Source of the DNA: Narcine bancroftii
Taxonomy: Eukaryota
Reading direction: 5' to 3'
Assembly: GCF_036971445.1 (NCBI RefSeq)
Contig: NC_091475.1
Span: 49,042,001-49,106,000 of the forward strand
Length of the DNA stretch: 64,000 nucleotides
Position 1 is the stretch's first letter. Each line of letters begins with the position of its first letter. Positions 62,605 to 64,000 of this stretch are shown here, piece by piece. The notes under the pieces are model-generated. The model did no database searches, was not told the DNA's origin, and worked only from the letters and a program-made list of their open reading frames with translations. The translations under genes and the position numbers were made by a program.

Positions 62605-63660
62605 AACACAATCTATAAATTTGCTGATGACACCATTGTTTTTGGGCGAATAGCTGGAAATGATGACTCAGAAGGAGATTGAGAGCCTGGTTGGGAGCTG
62701 CCAGAACAATTGCTCTTTTTTGCACATACATCACAGAAACAGGCCATTTTGCCCCACGAGACTGTACCGCCCAATTTACACCCAATTAATCTACACCCCA
62801 TTAATCTACACCCCCAGTATGTTTCAAATGGTGGTAGGAAACCGGAACCCCCAGGGATAGCCCATGCAGACCCATGGAAAATGTTCAAACTCCTTTCAGA
62901 CAGCATGGGATTCTAACCCTAATCCCCATCGCTGGTGCTGTAACAGCGTTGCACTAACCATTACGCCAACTGTCACCAAGTCCAAGGAGCATATTGTTCA
63001 TTTTAGGAAGAGGAGGCCAAGGGACCAGGCACCTGTCTGCATTGATGGGACAAAGTGGGAGTCCATATTTCAAAAGACCTTTCCTAGAGCCAGCACATTG
63101 AGGTCACTATGAGGAAGGCATGCCAACACCTCTACTTTCCAAGAGGTCTGAGGAGATTTGATATGTCATCAAATACTAAATCAAACCAACGAGTGGAAAG
63201 CATACAGATAAGTTCCATCATGGCCTGGTTTGGTAATTGGAGTGCTCAGGAGTGCAGAAGGTTGCATACAAACTCAGGTCTACCATCAACTCTGACCTCC
63301 AATACATTGAAGGCAGCCAACATTCCCACACCCTGGTCACAACCTCTTCTGTCAGGTAGCAGTGAGAAGCCAGAAGACCAGCATCTCTAAGTTCCAGAAC
63401 AGTTTCTTTCCAAAGACCATCAGGCTCTTGAACCTCCTCTTGTTATACTAATCATGTGTTGCTCCAACACCACAAAAGCACCATCTGCACAACTGCAGTC
63501 ACTTTACTTTTTTGCTGTAGGATAACTGTGAATATTTATTATCTTGTTTCAATTTAATGTTTACTATTTTAGTTGTGTTTGTTTCAGCTGAAACAAGTAA
63601 GATTGTTGGTGTATTTGTACATGGTATAGTGTGCATGACAATAAACTCATGATCATCTAT
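62605..63660 (+). mobile_element. Rex1/Babar-like LINE 3' remnant interrupted by a SINE (62730-62975, -)
   Basis: aaatttgctgatgacacc (KFADDT) at about 62618, RKACQHLYFPRGLRRF...IMAWFGN (63109-63390), and a 3' end gacaataaac. Confidence 0.7.
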
Positions 63661-64000
63661 TCATCATTTCTGGCTGAACATAATTGTGAATGTTTCAGCC
63701 TTGTCTTTTGGACACATATTCTGTTCACTAGCAATGAGAGTGGCAATCCCCCCTTTGGTAATTCAATTGTCCACTTCCCTTCGCAACTAAATGTGGAGCT
63801 TCAGTCTGATCCATTGGTTGCGACATTGCTCAGTTGTCTATTATGCACACTCTTCTTGCTGTTTAGCATGCATACACTCCTGTGTTTCAGCTTCAATAAG
63901 CCTGCAGCTCATTATTGGAAACACCTGGTGCAGCTCTGGCATGCCCTTTTTTGGGCATTCCTCACAAATCAGAGTTGTTCATTTGGCTTGGGATGTGCCA

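Overview
Vertebrate genomic DNA, not prokaryotic. The CR1, L1, Tx1, Penelope and V-SINE-like repeat content suggests a cartilaginous fish (shark or ray); this is an inference. I can support one host gene: a complete uroplakin-1b (UPK1B, tetraspanin) on the minus strand. It has 7 coding exons (69/201/75/123/180/84/51 nt, all phase 0, GT-AG introns; 260 aa) between 38221 and 23150. A CpG-rich candidate promoter and short non-coding first exon lie at about 41.7 kb, and candidate polyA signals at about 22.2-22.5 kb. Most of the rest is nested, mostly decayed retroelements: CR1, L1, Tx1, RTE, Rex1/Babar and Penelope elements, tRNA-derived SINEs, a Gypsy element, a BEL/Pao element and solo LTRs. Several have readable target-site duplications (TSDs). 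The most unusual observations are three. All four young RTE copies sit in or against L1 sequence, two of them about 16 codons apart in homologous L1 ORF2 positions. A TSD-flanked Gypsy element keeps only its integrase, with an inverted LTR copy replacing PBS-gag-pro-RT. A BEL/Pao element's first ORF starts with a SAP domain. I found no clear-cut new biological system. Boundaries of old repeats are approximate.
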